Origin: Candidatus Freyarchaeum deiterrae
GTDB taxonomy: Archaea; Asgardarchaeota; Jordiarchaeia; Jordiarchaeales; Jordiarchaeaceae
DNA: 64,000 nucleotides
Assembly: GCA_037305845.1 (NCBI GenBank)
Contig: CP147778.1
Span: 576,001 to 640,000 of the forward strand
Direction: 5' to 3'
The notes beneath the pieces were generated by a model. The model ran no database searches, was not told where the DNA came from, and saw nothing but the letters and a program-made list of their open reading frames with translations. Numbering within the stretch: the stretch's first letter is position 1; every line of letters starts with the position of its first letter. Both the position numbers and the translations under genes were made by a program. Of this stretch, positions 20,087-28,788 are shown piece after piece.

Positions 20087-21399
20087 CTCGTCAGAATTGC
20101 CACAGCTATGGCGGTTCCTGTTCCTGCATGGCTGTGAAGCAAACCGGTTTCCGCCTCGGCAACCTGAGTTTTGCCACCCAAATGTTTTTCAGGAATCATC
20201 TGTTTCAATTGCCACAAGAGCTCCACACACTGCCCTATGGCTGTGGAACCCACTGGGTGACCCATGCCTTCCAGTCCTCCGCTGGGGTTGACAGCAACCT
20301 CACTGTCTACGTACACCTGGCCCTCTCGGATTAGTTTTCTTCCTTCCCCAACATTGCAAAGCATTAAATCTTCGTAGGTTTGTAGCTCACTGATATCGTA
20401 GGCATCATGAATCTCGATTACATCTAGCTCGTGAAGTGGATCGGATATTCCCGCCATCTTGTAGGCTGTTTTTGCAGCCATCTTACAAGCACCAAAATTG
20501 GACATCTCAGGATAAGGCTCTCTAGGTTTTATAGCGTAGTCCGGGTACTGTTTCTTGGAATCCCTGTTTACAGCCGCCCAGTTAGGGCTATCCACCCTAT
20601 CTCCCGGTCTCATGAAATCTGTACCCAAGCTTATACCGTCAATCCAAACCGGCTCATCGGTGTAGTTTCCAGCGACGTCCTCCGAGGCCAGGACTACACA
20701 GGAAGCCCCTTCAGTTAAGAGGCAACAATCCATAGTTTTCAGTGGCCAAGCTAAGAGTCTTGAGTTAAGCACATCGTCAACCGAGATTTCTTTTCCTCCA
20801 TTTTCCTGTGGCCACTGGGCGTAGGGGTTGTCTAGTGAGTAGTTTTTGTTCTTTACCGCTATAAGGGCAAAGTCTTCCTCGGTATCACCGTAAAGGTACA
20901 TGTGTCTTGCTGCCATGGCAGCGTAGTATCCGGTGTAGTATCCGCCGGCGGGGAATTCGAAATCGGTGTCTGAGGCTAGGGCTATGAATTCATTTGCTTT
21001 GGCTGTACCAACTTCTCCCTGCTTTTCAACTCCGGTTACTAAACACACCTCGGAGAGGCCAGATGCGACTAGTGCAAAACCCGCACGTATAGCTGCGAGT
21101 GGTCCCGCTCCTCCGTCTTCAACTCTGAAGACTGGTTTTGGTGTTAAACCTAGGTAGTCATTTATTGTCCATGACATGGCTAACTGCTGCTCAAAGTGAT
21201 CAGCGAAATATGAGCATACATGGTTATCAATATCTCTTATGGTCAGGTCTGGGCAATCGTTAAGGGCTTCCTTGAAGGCTTCCGCAACCATTTCTTCCTG
21301 ATTCTCGTATCTGGGCCGCGCATATCTTGAAATACCACCAGTAATTATAGCAACGTTTCTCATCATATTCGGAACAAACATACTGCACAAAGTTTTCAC
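20083..21399 (-). CDS. SCP2-type thiolase-family protein lacking the N-terminal nucleophilic Cys
   Basis: NPYAQ, HDAY and NPSGG..GHPVG thiolase motifs; EDGGAG sits where ExxCAS is expected. Confidence 0.88.
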   Translation of the reverse strand: MKTLCSMFVPNMMRNVAIITGGISRYARPRYENQEEMVAEAFKEALNDCPDLTIRDIDNHVCSYFADHFEQQLAMSWTINDYLGLTPKPVFRVEDGGAGPLAAIRAGFALVASGLSEVCLVTGVEKQGEVGTAKANEFIALASDTDFEFPAGGYYTGYYAAMAARHMYLYGDTEEDFALIAVKNKNYSLDNPYAQWPQENGGKEISVDDVLNSRLLAWPLKTMDCCLLTEGASCVVLASEDVAGNYTDEPVWIDGISLGTDFMRPGDRVDSPNWAAVNRDSKKQYPDYAIKPREPYPEMSNFGACKMAAKTAYKMAGISDPLHELDVIEIHDAYDISELQTYEDLMLCNVGEGRKLIREGQVYVDSEVAVNPSGGLEGMGHPVGSTAIGQCVELLWQLKQMIPEKHLGGKTQVAEAETGLLHSHAGTGTAIAVAILTR

Positions 21400-21619
21400 C
21401 TTCTTCCTGCAAGATAATGTTGGCTATTAATTTGAGAGCAATTTAACTTTATAAAAAGGTTACTGAACGATTAGGAGCAGCGTAACTTGAACACATTTTT
21501 ATTGGTTAAGGGCTAGCGAATCAAGTGTTTTAGTAGATAAGCAGCAATTTGTTGTGATTCAAAACATTTAATTTTGAGCAATCGTACAAATCAGTATTCA
21601 CTGTTAGAGGAATGAGTCT

Positions 21620-22216
21620 TTGGCGGAGATAATTGCCTGCGTGCGAGAAACGGATGGTGGATACGAAGTTTTCCCTATGGCAAGGAGGGAAGCCCACAGG
21701 AAGAACGTTGAACATCTTGTTGTTAGGATTCTGGGTTTTAATAGAGATGGAATGCTCCTGGTTCAGAAGAGGTCCCTCACAAAGAAAAGCCACCCCGGAA
21801 TGTACACAGACAGCGCCAGTGGACATGTTCTTTACGAGGAGAATTTCAGTTTCGAATCCATTATTAAAAGCGCGGAGAGGGAACTCTGGGAAGAAATGGG
21901 AGTAAAAGGAGTGCTAAAGCCCTACCTAGACAAGAAATTCGATGCAGAAGACTTAGAACTAAACTATGTTTTCCTCGCGCTCATAAAGGGACAAACCAAA
22001 TTCAACGAGGAGGTAGACGCTGAAAAAAGTGGGTTCAAAACCGTGGATCAGTTGAGAGAGATGCTCAAAAAAGAGAAATTCGTTGAGTTTGCAAAAGAAC
22101 TGTGGGAAAAGTTCCTAGTGGAATACCCCACAACCGAAGCGGTGAAAAGTCTAGCAGAAACAATGGAACATTACCACCAAAAGAAACCAAAAACTGACCA
22201 CTTAAACCACATTTAG
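21620..22216 (+). CDS. Nudix hydrolase (IPP isomerase type 1-like / YfcD-like)
   Basis: QKRS..K..HPG, SGHV, and AERELWEEMGV Nudix box. Confidence 0.85.
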   Translation: MAEIIACVRETDGGYEVFPMARREAHRKNVEHLVVRILGFNRDGMLLVQKRSLTKKSHPGMYTDSASGHVLYEENFSFESIIKSAERELWEEMGVKGVLKPYLDKKFDAEDLELNYVFLALIKGQTKFNEEVDAEKSGFKTVDQLREMLKKEKFVEFAKELWEKFLVEYPTTEAVKSLAETMEHYHQKKPKTDHLNHI

Positions 22217-22286
22217 AATTGAACGTAGAAAGGGAAAACAACCCTGTTTCGATGGTTCATATTTAATTTACACGAATTATTTGGTA

Positions 22287-22484
22287 ATGGAGAAAATGGA
22301 AAACTTCGCAAAAGCTGCATAAATACTTATATTGGCGGGTTTAGCGATTTTTGGTCTTATGTTTCTAATTATAAAAAATCCAATTTCAGATATCGGAATT
22401 ATTTTAGTTTTTGTAACCGCACTACTTTGAACAATTGGTTTTACACATTTTAGAAGAAGAAGAAGAAAATCGTGGGGACAATAA
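22287..22484 (+). pseudogene. Disrupted small two-helix membrane protein gene
   Basis: MEKMENFAKAA*ILILAGLAIFGLMFLIIKNPISDIGIILVFVTALL*TIGFTHFRRRRRKSWGQ* with internal stops at 22320 (TAA) and 22428 (TGA). Confidence 0.45.
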
Positions 22485-22607
22485 CGTAATTAAATTTCTT
22501 GTTGAAAAGCAATGCTTCCCCTTTGATTGGGTCAAATTTTTGGTAATGAGTGAAGGGAAAAACGTTTAATTGATGAAAAGTTAGTGTTATAAAAGGGTTG
22601 ATTTAAA

Positions 22608-23084
22608 ATGTCAGAACCAGAGACTGTAGATTTGGTTATTGATCATAAGTTGAAGCGTGTTACGCCAGAAATGATTGACTGGTGGTGGGGCACTATCTCC
22701 AACACAGAGCGCTACAAGTTGTGGCACCCAAAGGCTCACAAGTTGTTTGAATCGGAAGGCGATCTCATTTTTCGCGTTGAGGAGGAAATTGGTGGAAATC
22801 TCATAAAGACGCGTACTCGCCCAGAAACTCCAAGTTCAATACCTGTACCTACAACCTACAGCCACGTCTTCGCGATGAGTGTCCTTGACGATAACAACAA
22901 ACCACAGAGCTGGATCGTGCATGAATACGAGGCAATGCCGAACGGAACGCGAATGCGCTCGACATTTCGATTACCTAAAGGGGTTCCTCCAATTTTTACC
23001 GAAAGCTTGCGCAAGCATAATCAAGAAGAGATGACGCATTTAGCTAAAATTCTTCCAGAACTGTACAAGAAAGAGAACAAGTAA
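22608..23084 (+). CDS. PhlG/DAPG-hydrolase-like (START/Bet v1 fold) protein
   Basis: VTPEMIDWWW, RYKLWHP.AH, EEIGG, MRSTF and HNQEEM..L..ILPELY motifs. Confidence 0.75.
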   Translation: MSEPETVDLVIDHKLKRVTPEMIDWWWGTISNTERYKLWHPKAHKLFESEGDLIFRVEEEIGGNLIKTRTRPETPSSIPVPTTYSHVFAMSVLDDNNKPQSWIVHEYEAMPNGTRMRSTFRLPKGVPPIFTESLRKHNQEEMTHLAKILPELYKKENK

Positions 23085-23156
23085 TTAATTGACCTTCTGA
23101 TGCCTACTATATCAAAGACAGTCAGCCATAAAAACCAAGTTTTTTTTTTCCTTTAA

Positions 23157-23274
23157 ATAGACACGTGTCTATATGTGGCGAGTCTGGGTATCCACTGGAG
23201 GCGACAAGTTCCCCAAAGGGTGTGAAGTCCAAGGGAATCATAGATTTATGTCTGCTTGACCCGATACCCTGAGT
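23157..23274. repeat. 16-bp perfect palindrome plus a 94-bp element with terminal inverted repeats and nested stems
   Basis: ATAGACACGTGTCTAT at 23157-23172; 23181-23192 versus 23263-23274 match 10/12 as inverted repeats (gggtatc/gataccc core); internal caag/cttg and ttccc/gggaa stems. Confidence 0.5.
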
Positions 23275-23275
23275 T

Positions 23276-23764
23276 TTAAAATATTTTCTGCATCAAGTGT
23301 ACGTCTAAGAGCTTTCCAAACTTGCGTCCCACTTCTCTCATAGTTCCTATATGCGTAAACCCCAGAATTTCAAATAAATGAATGCTTGCTTTATTATTTT
23401 CTTCAATTCTAGCAATGACTGTGTGAAGCCCAGCATTGCCTCCTTTACGCAAAATAGCTTCAGTTAGCTTTTTACCAATACCCTTTCCTCTATATCTTTC
23501 CCTAACATACAGTGATATTTCTGCAGTGTCAGAATAAGCGCATCGGTCTGACCACATGCTTAAAGACGCCCACCCAATAATTAAGCCATTATCCTCTGCA
23601 ACTATTAAGGGAAATCTGGAATTATGATTGCCAAACCAGACTTTTTGTTCCTCTACTGTTTTGGGTTGAGTATCAAACGTCGCAACTGTATTAAGGATAG
23701 CATCATTATATATTTCGGTAATTGCGGAGAGGTCATCTATTTTTGCATCTCTTATTTTTAACAC
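23276..23764 (-). CDS. GNAT N-acetyltransferase (phosphinothricin/YncA-like)
   Basis: IYNDAI...ATFD, RGKGIGKKL, NKASIHLF..LGF and VGRKFG motifs. Confidence 0.92.
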   Translation of the reverse strand: MLKIRDAKIDDLSAITEIYNDAILNTVATFDTQPKTVEEQKVWFGNHNSRFPLIVAEDNGLIIGWASLSMWSDRCAYSDTAEISLYVRERYRGKGIGKKLTEAILRKGGNAGLHTVIARIEENNKASIHLFEILGFTHIGTMREVGRKFGKLLDVHLMQKIF

Positions 23765-23906
23765 ATCTAATCACACCAGTCAGAAAATCCAGCCAAGAAC
23801 TCTGAAACAATAACCTTTTTAACAATTTACCCTAATAGTATAAGTCACTTATGATGCTTCTACTCTAAACATAAACAATCATACAAAAATAGAATAATAG
23901 GTAAGA

Positions 23907-26900
23907 ATGATGAAGAGCATTTTGAGAAACAAGAAAACCTTAAGGATAGCAGTAGTTTTAGCAGCAGTCCTACTCTCCACAACAATCCTCGCGGCTACCA
24001 CAATCCAAAACCAGAACCAAAACGCTAATCCCCTAATCAGCGTATATATGCAGGGCATCCCCCAGAGCCCTAATGCAGTCATTCAACCCAAGCAGGACAT
24101 CGGGGTTAACTGGGATTTTTCAGGAAACCAGTCTGAATCGATAAATGTTACGGCTGACAACATAGTGATAAACGGACACGGATACTACCTGCTGGGCTCC
24201 GGATCCGGAAACGGCTTCAGATTAACAGGCAGGCACAACGTAACCATCATAAACGTCCAAGTCACAGGATGGAGTACTGGCTTCCGGTTAGACTCCGGTT
24301 CCAACAACAATAATTTTACAAATAACACAGCAAACAATAACACTCAATACGGATTCTACCTGGACTCCGGCTCCAACAACAACACACTCTCGAATAACAC
24401 AGCAAACAATAACACTAACAACTCAGGCTTCTACCTGTACAACAGCTCCAACAATACTCTTTCAGGTAACACAGCAAACAACAACACCAAGGAATTCGGC
24501 TTCGTCTTATACTCCAGCTCCAACAATACTCTTTCAGGTAACACAGCAAACAACAACCTATACGGCTTCGACCTATACTCCAGCTCCAACAATACTCTTT
24601 CAGGTAACACAGCAAACAACAACACCAACACAGGCTTCAGCCTAGGCTCCAGCTCCAACAACAATAATTTTACGAATAACACCGCAAACAAAAACACCAA
24701 AAACTGTGGCTTCGTCATATCCGACAGCTCCAACAATACATTTACGGGCAATAACACAGCAAACAACAACGTCTTCGGCTTCGAAATAGTCGGGAGTTCT
24801 AACAACAACACTTTTTCGGGTAACACTGCAAACAACAACAGTAACGCAGTCAACAACGGCGCCGGTTTCTTACTAGGCTCCAGCTTGAACAACAATACTC
24901 TTTCCAATAACAACGCAACTAACAACGACCACGGCTTCTGGCTAGATTCCGGTTCGAATAACAATACTCTTTCGGCTAACAATGCGAACAACAACAGTTA
25001 CGGCTTCTACCTAATCTCCAGCGCGAACAACACTCTTACGAGTAATAACACCGCAAACAACAACATTTACGGCTTCTACCTAATCTCCAACTCGAACAAC
25101 AATATTCTTTCGGGTAACACAGCAAACAACAACAGTTACGGCTTCTATCTAGAATCCAGCTCAAATAAGAACAATCTTACAAGTAACACCGCAAAATACA
25201 ACACCTACGGTTTCTACCTGAACAGCAGCTCAAACAACAATACTCTTTCGGGTAACAACGCAACCAACAACCAACACGGCTTCTGGTTGTACTCTAGCTC
25301 AAACAACACATTTACGGGCAACAACGCAACCAACAACAACAATGAAGGCTTCCACCTAGAGTCCGGTTCCAACAACAACACTCTCTCTGGTAACACAGCA
25401 AACAATAACACCATGCACTCAGGCTTCTACATTTACTCCAGCTCAAACAATACTTTTTCAGGTAACACAGCAAACAACAACACCAACGAAGCCGGCTTCT
25501 ACATTTACTCCAGCTCAAACAACAACAATTTTACAGGTAACACAGCAAACAACAACTACTACGGCTTCTGGTTGTACTCTAGCTCATACAACACATTTAC
25601 GGGCAACAACGCAACCAGCAACAACAACACAGGCTTCAGTCTAGGCTCCAGTTCAAACAATAACAATTTTACAGGTAACAACGCAACCAGCTACAACAAC
25701 ACAGGCTTCAGCCTGTCCTCCAGCTCAAACAACAATCTTACAGGTAACACGGCAAACAACAACAATGATGGCTTCGAAATAGTCGGGAGTTCAAACAACA
25801 ATGCCCTTACGGGTAACACGGCAAACAATTGCCAAAATAACGGCTTCTACATTTACTCCAGCTCAAACAACACTCTTTCAGGTAACACGGCAAACAGCAG
25901 CAACAACACAGGCTTCTACCTATTCTCCAGCTCAAATAATAATACTCTTACGGGTAACATAGCAAACAACGATGCAGGGTACGGCTTCTATGTAACCTCC
26001 AGCTCAAATAATACTTTTACAAATAACACAGCAAACAACGTTAACAATGGTTTCGGCTTCTGGCTGATCCATAGTTCGTACAATAATCTCACAAATAACA
26101 CAGCAAATTACAATAATATATGCGGTTTCGACCTGTACTACAGCTCTCACAATAATCTTTCGGGTAACAACGCAAACAACAACTCTCAATACGGCTTCTT
26201 ATTAGCCACCAACTCAAAAAACAATATTCTTACGGGTAACAACGCAAACAACAACGGCGACGGCTTCAGCCTAGGCGATAACTCGAACAACAACGATCTT
26301 ACAGTTAACACAGCAGACAACAACACCCAAAACGGCTTCTACCTACAATACTGCCCGTACAACAATCTTACGGGTAACACCGCAAACAACAACTCTCAAT
26401 TCGGCTTCTGGTTGTACTCTAGCTCATACAACACATTTACGGGCAACAACGCAACCAGCAACAACAACACAGGCTTCAGCCTGTCCTCCAGCTCAAACAA
26501 CAACAATTTTACAGGTAACACAGCAACCAGCAACAACAACACAGGCTTCAGCCTGTCCTCCAGCTCAAACAACAATCTTACAGGTAACACGGCAAACAAC
26601 AGCGACTTCGGCTTCGAAATAGTAGGGAGTTCGAACAACAATATCCTTATGAGTAACACGGCAAACAACAATAACGAAGGCTTCTACCTAACCAGCAGCT
26701 CGAACAACACTCTTACGAGTAACAATGCAACTAACACCATTAACTTCGGCTTCTACCTAGTCAGCAGTTTGAACAACACTCTTACGAGTAACAATGCAAC
26801 TAACACCAACGGCTACGGCTATATCCTGTGGAATAGCTCGTACAATATTCTTTCGATTAACGCCGCTATAAACAACAACGACACCGGCTTCTATTTGGTT

Positions 26901-27776
26901 GGGAATTCTACTGTTAATACTCTTACGAGTAACAATGCAAACAACAACACAGGCAACGGCTTCTACCTAGATGTCAGCTCGAACAACAATACTCTTACTG
27001 GTAACAACGCAAACAACAACTCTCAATACGGCTTCAGACTATCCTCCAGTTCGAACAACACTCTTACAGGTAACACAGCAAACAACAACGGCCTCGGCGG
27101 CTTCTACATAGACCCCAGCTCAAACAACACTCTCTCAAATAACAACGCAACTAACAACTACTACGGCTTCTACCTGTACAACAGCTCAAACAACACTCTC
27201 TCAAATAACAACGCAACTAACAACTACTACGGCTTCTATTTGAGTGGGAATTCTACGGGTAATAGCATAGTAAACAGCACTGCTTTAAACAATATTAATG
27301 GAGTATACGACTGGTCTACTTGTACAGGCGTCAATGATTTGGATTATTATCTATGTGTGAATGTTACGGGTGTTTCGGGTTCCCCGCTGTCTGGCGCGGA
27401 TGTTGAGGTTTTGAGCAATGCAACGGTTGTGTACACTACTACAACTGGCTCGAATGGTCTCACCTCTTGGATCGCTGTCCCCTATCAGACGTTCACGGCA
27501 AATGGCACGATGACTAATAACACTATCACTGTTACTGTGCAGTATTCCGTTTCAAACATTTCGAGAACGGTAGACATGTCCTCGTCGCATATGGAAACAT
27601 TCCAGTTCACACAGGTGGCTGGGCCGTCTTCAATGCTTCCTGTGATGCTGTTGCTTTTGGCTGGTGAGCAGAGTGGTGTTAGTCCTATGGTTTACGGTGC
27701 TGTGGGCATTGCCGTTGTGGTGGGTGTGGTTCTTGTTGCTGGTTTGGTCTACTACTTCCGAAGAATGAACGCTTAA
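23907..27776 (+). CDS. Membrane-anchored right-handed beta-helix (NosD/CASH-like) surface glycoprotein, 1289 aa
   Basis: N-terminal basic plus hydrophobic leader, roughly 45 22-24-aa GFxLxxSSNNTLSGNTANNN coils, an Ig-like domain, a C-terminal TM helix and YYFRR tail; dense N-X-S/T sequons. Confidence 0.9.
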   Translation: MMKSILRNKKTLRIAVVLAAVLLSTTILAATTIQNQNQNANPLISVYMQGIPQSPNAVIQPKQDIGVNWDFSGNQSESINVTADNIVINGHGYYLLGSGSGNGFRLTGRHNVTIINVQVTGWSTGFRLDSGSNNNNFTNNTANNNTQYGFYLDSGSNNNTLSNNTANNNTNNSGFYLYNSSNNTLSGNTANNNTKEFGFVLYSSSNNTLSGNTANNNLYGFDLYSSSNNTLSGNTANNNTNTGFSLGSSSNNNNFTNNTANKNTKNCGFVISDSSNNTFTGNNTANNNVFGFEIVGSSNNNTFSGNTANNNSNAVNNGAGFLLGSSLNNNTLSNNNATNNDHGFWLDSGSNNNTLSANNANNNSYGFYLISSANNTLTSNNTANNNIYGFYLISNSNNNILSGNTANNNSYGFYLESSSNKNNLTSNTAKYNTYGFYLNSSSNNNTLSGNNATNNQHGFWLYSSSNNTFTGNNATNNNNEGFHLESGSNNNTLSGNTANNNTMHSGFYIYSSSNNTFSGNTANNNTNEAGFYIYSSSNNNNFTGNTANNNYYGFWLYSSSYNTFTGNNATSNNNTGFSLGSSSNNNNFTGNNATSYNNTGFSLSSSSNNNLTGNTANNNNDGFEIVGSSNNNALTGNTANNCQNNGFYIYSSSNNTLSGNTANSSNNTGFYLFSSSNNNTLTGNIANNDAGYGFYVTSSSNNTFTNNTANNVNNGFGFWLIHSSYNNLTNNTANYNNICGFDLYYSSHNNLSGNNANNNSQYGFLLATNSKNNILTGNNANNNGDGFSLGDNSNNNDLTVNTADNNTQNGFYLQYCPYNNLTGNTANNNSQFGFWLYSSSYNTFTGNNATSNNNTGFSLSSSSNNNNFTGNTATSNNNTGFSLSSSSNNNLTGNTANNSDFGFEIVGSSNNNILMSNTANNNNEGFYLTSSSNNTLTSNNATNTINFGFYLVSSLNNTLTSNNATNTNGYGYILWNSSYNILSINAAINNNDTGFYLVGNSTVNTLTSNNANNNTGNGFYLDVSSNNNTLTGNNANNNSQYGFRLSSSSNNTLTGNTANNNGLGGFYIDPSSNNTLSNNNATNNYYGFYLYNSSNNTLSNNNATNNYYGFYLSGNSTGNSIVNSTALNNINGVYDWSTCTGVNDLDYYLCVNVTGVSGSPLSGADVEVLSNATVVYTTTTGSNGLTSWIAVPYQTFTANGTMTNNTITVTVQYSVSNISRTVDMSSSHMETFQFTQVAGPSSMLPVMLLLLAGEQSGVSPMVYGAVGIAVVVGVVLVAGLVYYFRRMNA
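25561..26640 (+). repeat. About 240-bp internal block duplicated at an 840-bp offset (25561-25800 versus 26401-26640)
   Basis: Line-by-line near identity between the two blocks. Confidence 0.9.
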
Positions 27777-27780
27777 AATA

Positions 27781-27839
27781 GGGGCTAGAGGACTTTTGAC
27801 CGATTATTCGGCAGTCTTGCCCTCGGCTCTTCTTTTTTT
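27781..27839 (+). terminator. Conserved 3' stem-loop plus T tract after beta-helix gene 1
   Basis: ggggctagaggacttttgaccgattattcgg... is shared with the 3' end of the paralog; inner ccga/tcgg stem; followed by a T run. Confidence 0.6.
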
Positions 27840-27926
27840 GTAGCCTTTATCTTAATCCTTAAATATCGCGAATACTATAGTAATACTATAAAATCCCCAA
27901 AAAACAGTGTGAGTGAGATGTAAAGT

Positions 27927-28385
27927 ATGGCTGACGAATATGTAGATGTCTTCACATGCATAGAATGTAGGAATCCCAGAGTGGCAACGGATTCTAAGGT
28001 GAGAAAGGACTTCGCCATAATTTCAGGAAAATGCCTCAAAGGACACCCCTTCGACCTGAAACTTCCAATGGATCAGGAGCACAAGTGGATCGGTTATCTC
28101 AGAAACAGCATATACAAGTGCAGATGCGGAATGCCCCTAGAGGACGTCAAGATAAAGGAAGGAGAAAAGGAAACCCTGCTCACGCTCAAGTGTACAAAAC
28201 ACACTCAGACAAGAAATGTAGACACGGTACTCTGGCACACCATCTCTGCTGACAAAGACACACAAAAAGCTATGCAACACGACGAAGAATTGGAACTGGA
28301 CTCGTACATAAACAATTTAGAAGCAAAAAAAATCGATAAAGCCGGCAGGAAAGAGGAGCAATCGTCACCGCAAAAGTGGCCATAA
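27927..28385 (+). CDS. Hypothetical protein with two repeated Cys/His zinc-binding-like units
   Basis: CIEC...KCLKGH and CRC...KCTKH. Confidence 0.7.
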   Translation: MADEYVDVFTCIECRNPRVATDSKVRKDFAIISGKCLKGHPFDLKLPMDQEHKWIGYLRNSIYKCRCGMPLEDVKIKEGEKETLLTLKCTKHTQTRNVDTVLWHTISADKDTQKAMQHDEELELDSYINNLEAKKIDKAGRKEEQSSPQKWP

Positions 28386-28788
28386 TAGTAAACGTGGATA
28401 TACGGCGTCCCATAAAACTACATTCAATCCTTTAGAAGGATTAATTCTTAAATAAAATCAGAGAAAAATTAAGGAGAAAGCCAAAATCCAAACAAGAATT
28501 AATCCATATTCTTTCATATCTTTTTATCAGGTAGTATCAATAATAGAAAACCATCTAAAAATTTTAAAAGCTAAGAATTCTCCTGCCAAATCTTTCATTC
28601 AATTCTTGCATCAGGATTTGAGCAATTATTTTTTATCTTCTTTTATCGCATTTTCTCCACTTAGCCCGAAATATCAGAACAGAAATTTATATGCTGGGCC
28701 TAAAAATACTCGAAACGGAGCCTAAAACCGCGCAAAGCTCTTTTTTGGGAAAATTCAATTTTTGAGGCTATATTTTTATATAGATTAA

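Noticed and set aside
23181-23274. Cobalamin riboswitch or RNase P RNA (ggtgtgaagtcc resembles their motifs)
   Set aside because: The flanking conserved elements of those RNAs are absent and the element is too short.
23907-27776. AAC-rich repeats as diversity-generating retroelement template/variable repeats
   Set aside because: No reverse transcriptase in the window, differences between duplicated blocks are not confined to adenines, and Asn ladders are normal for beta-helices.
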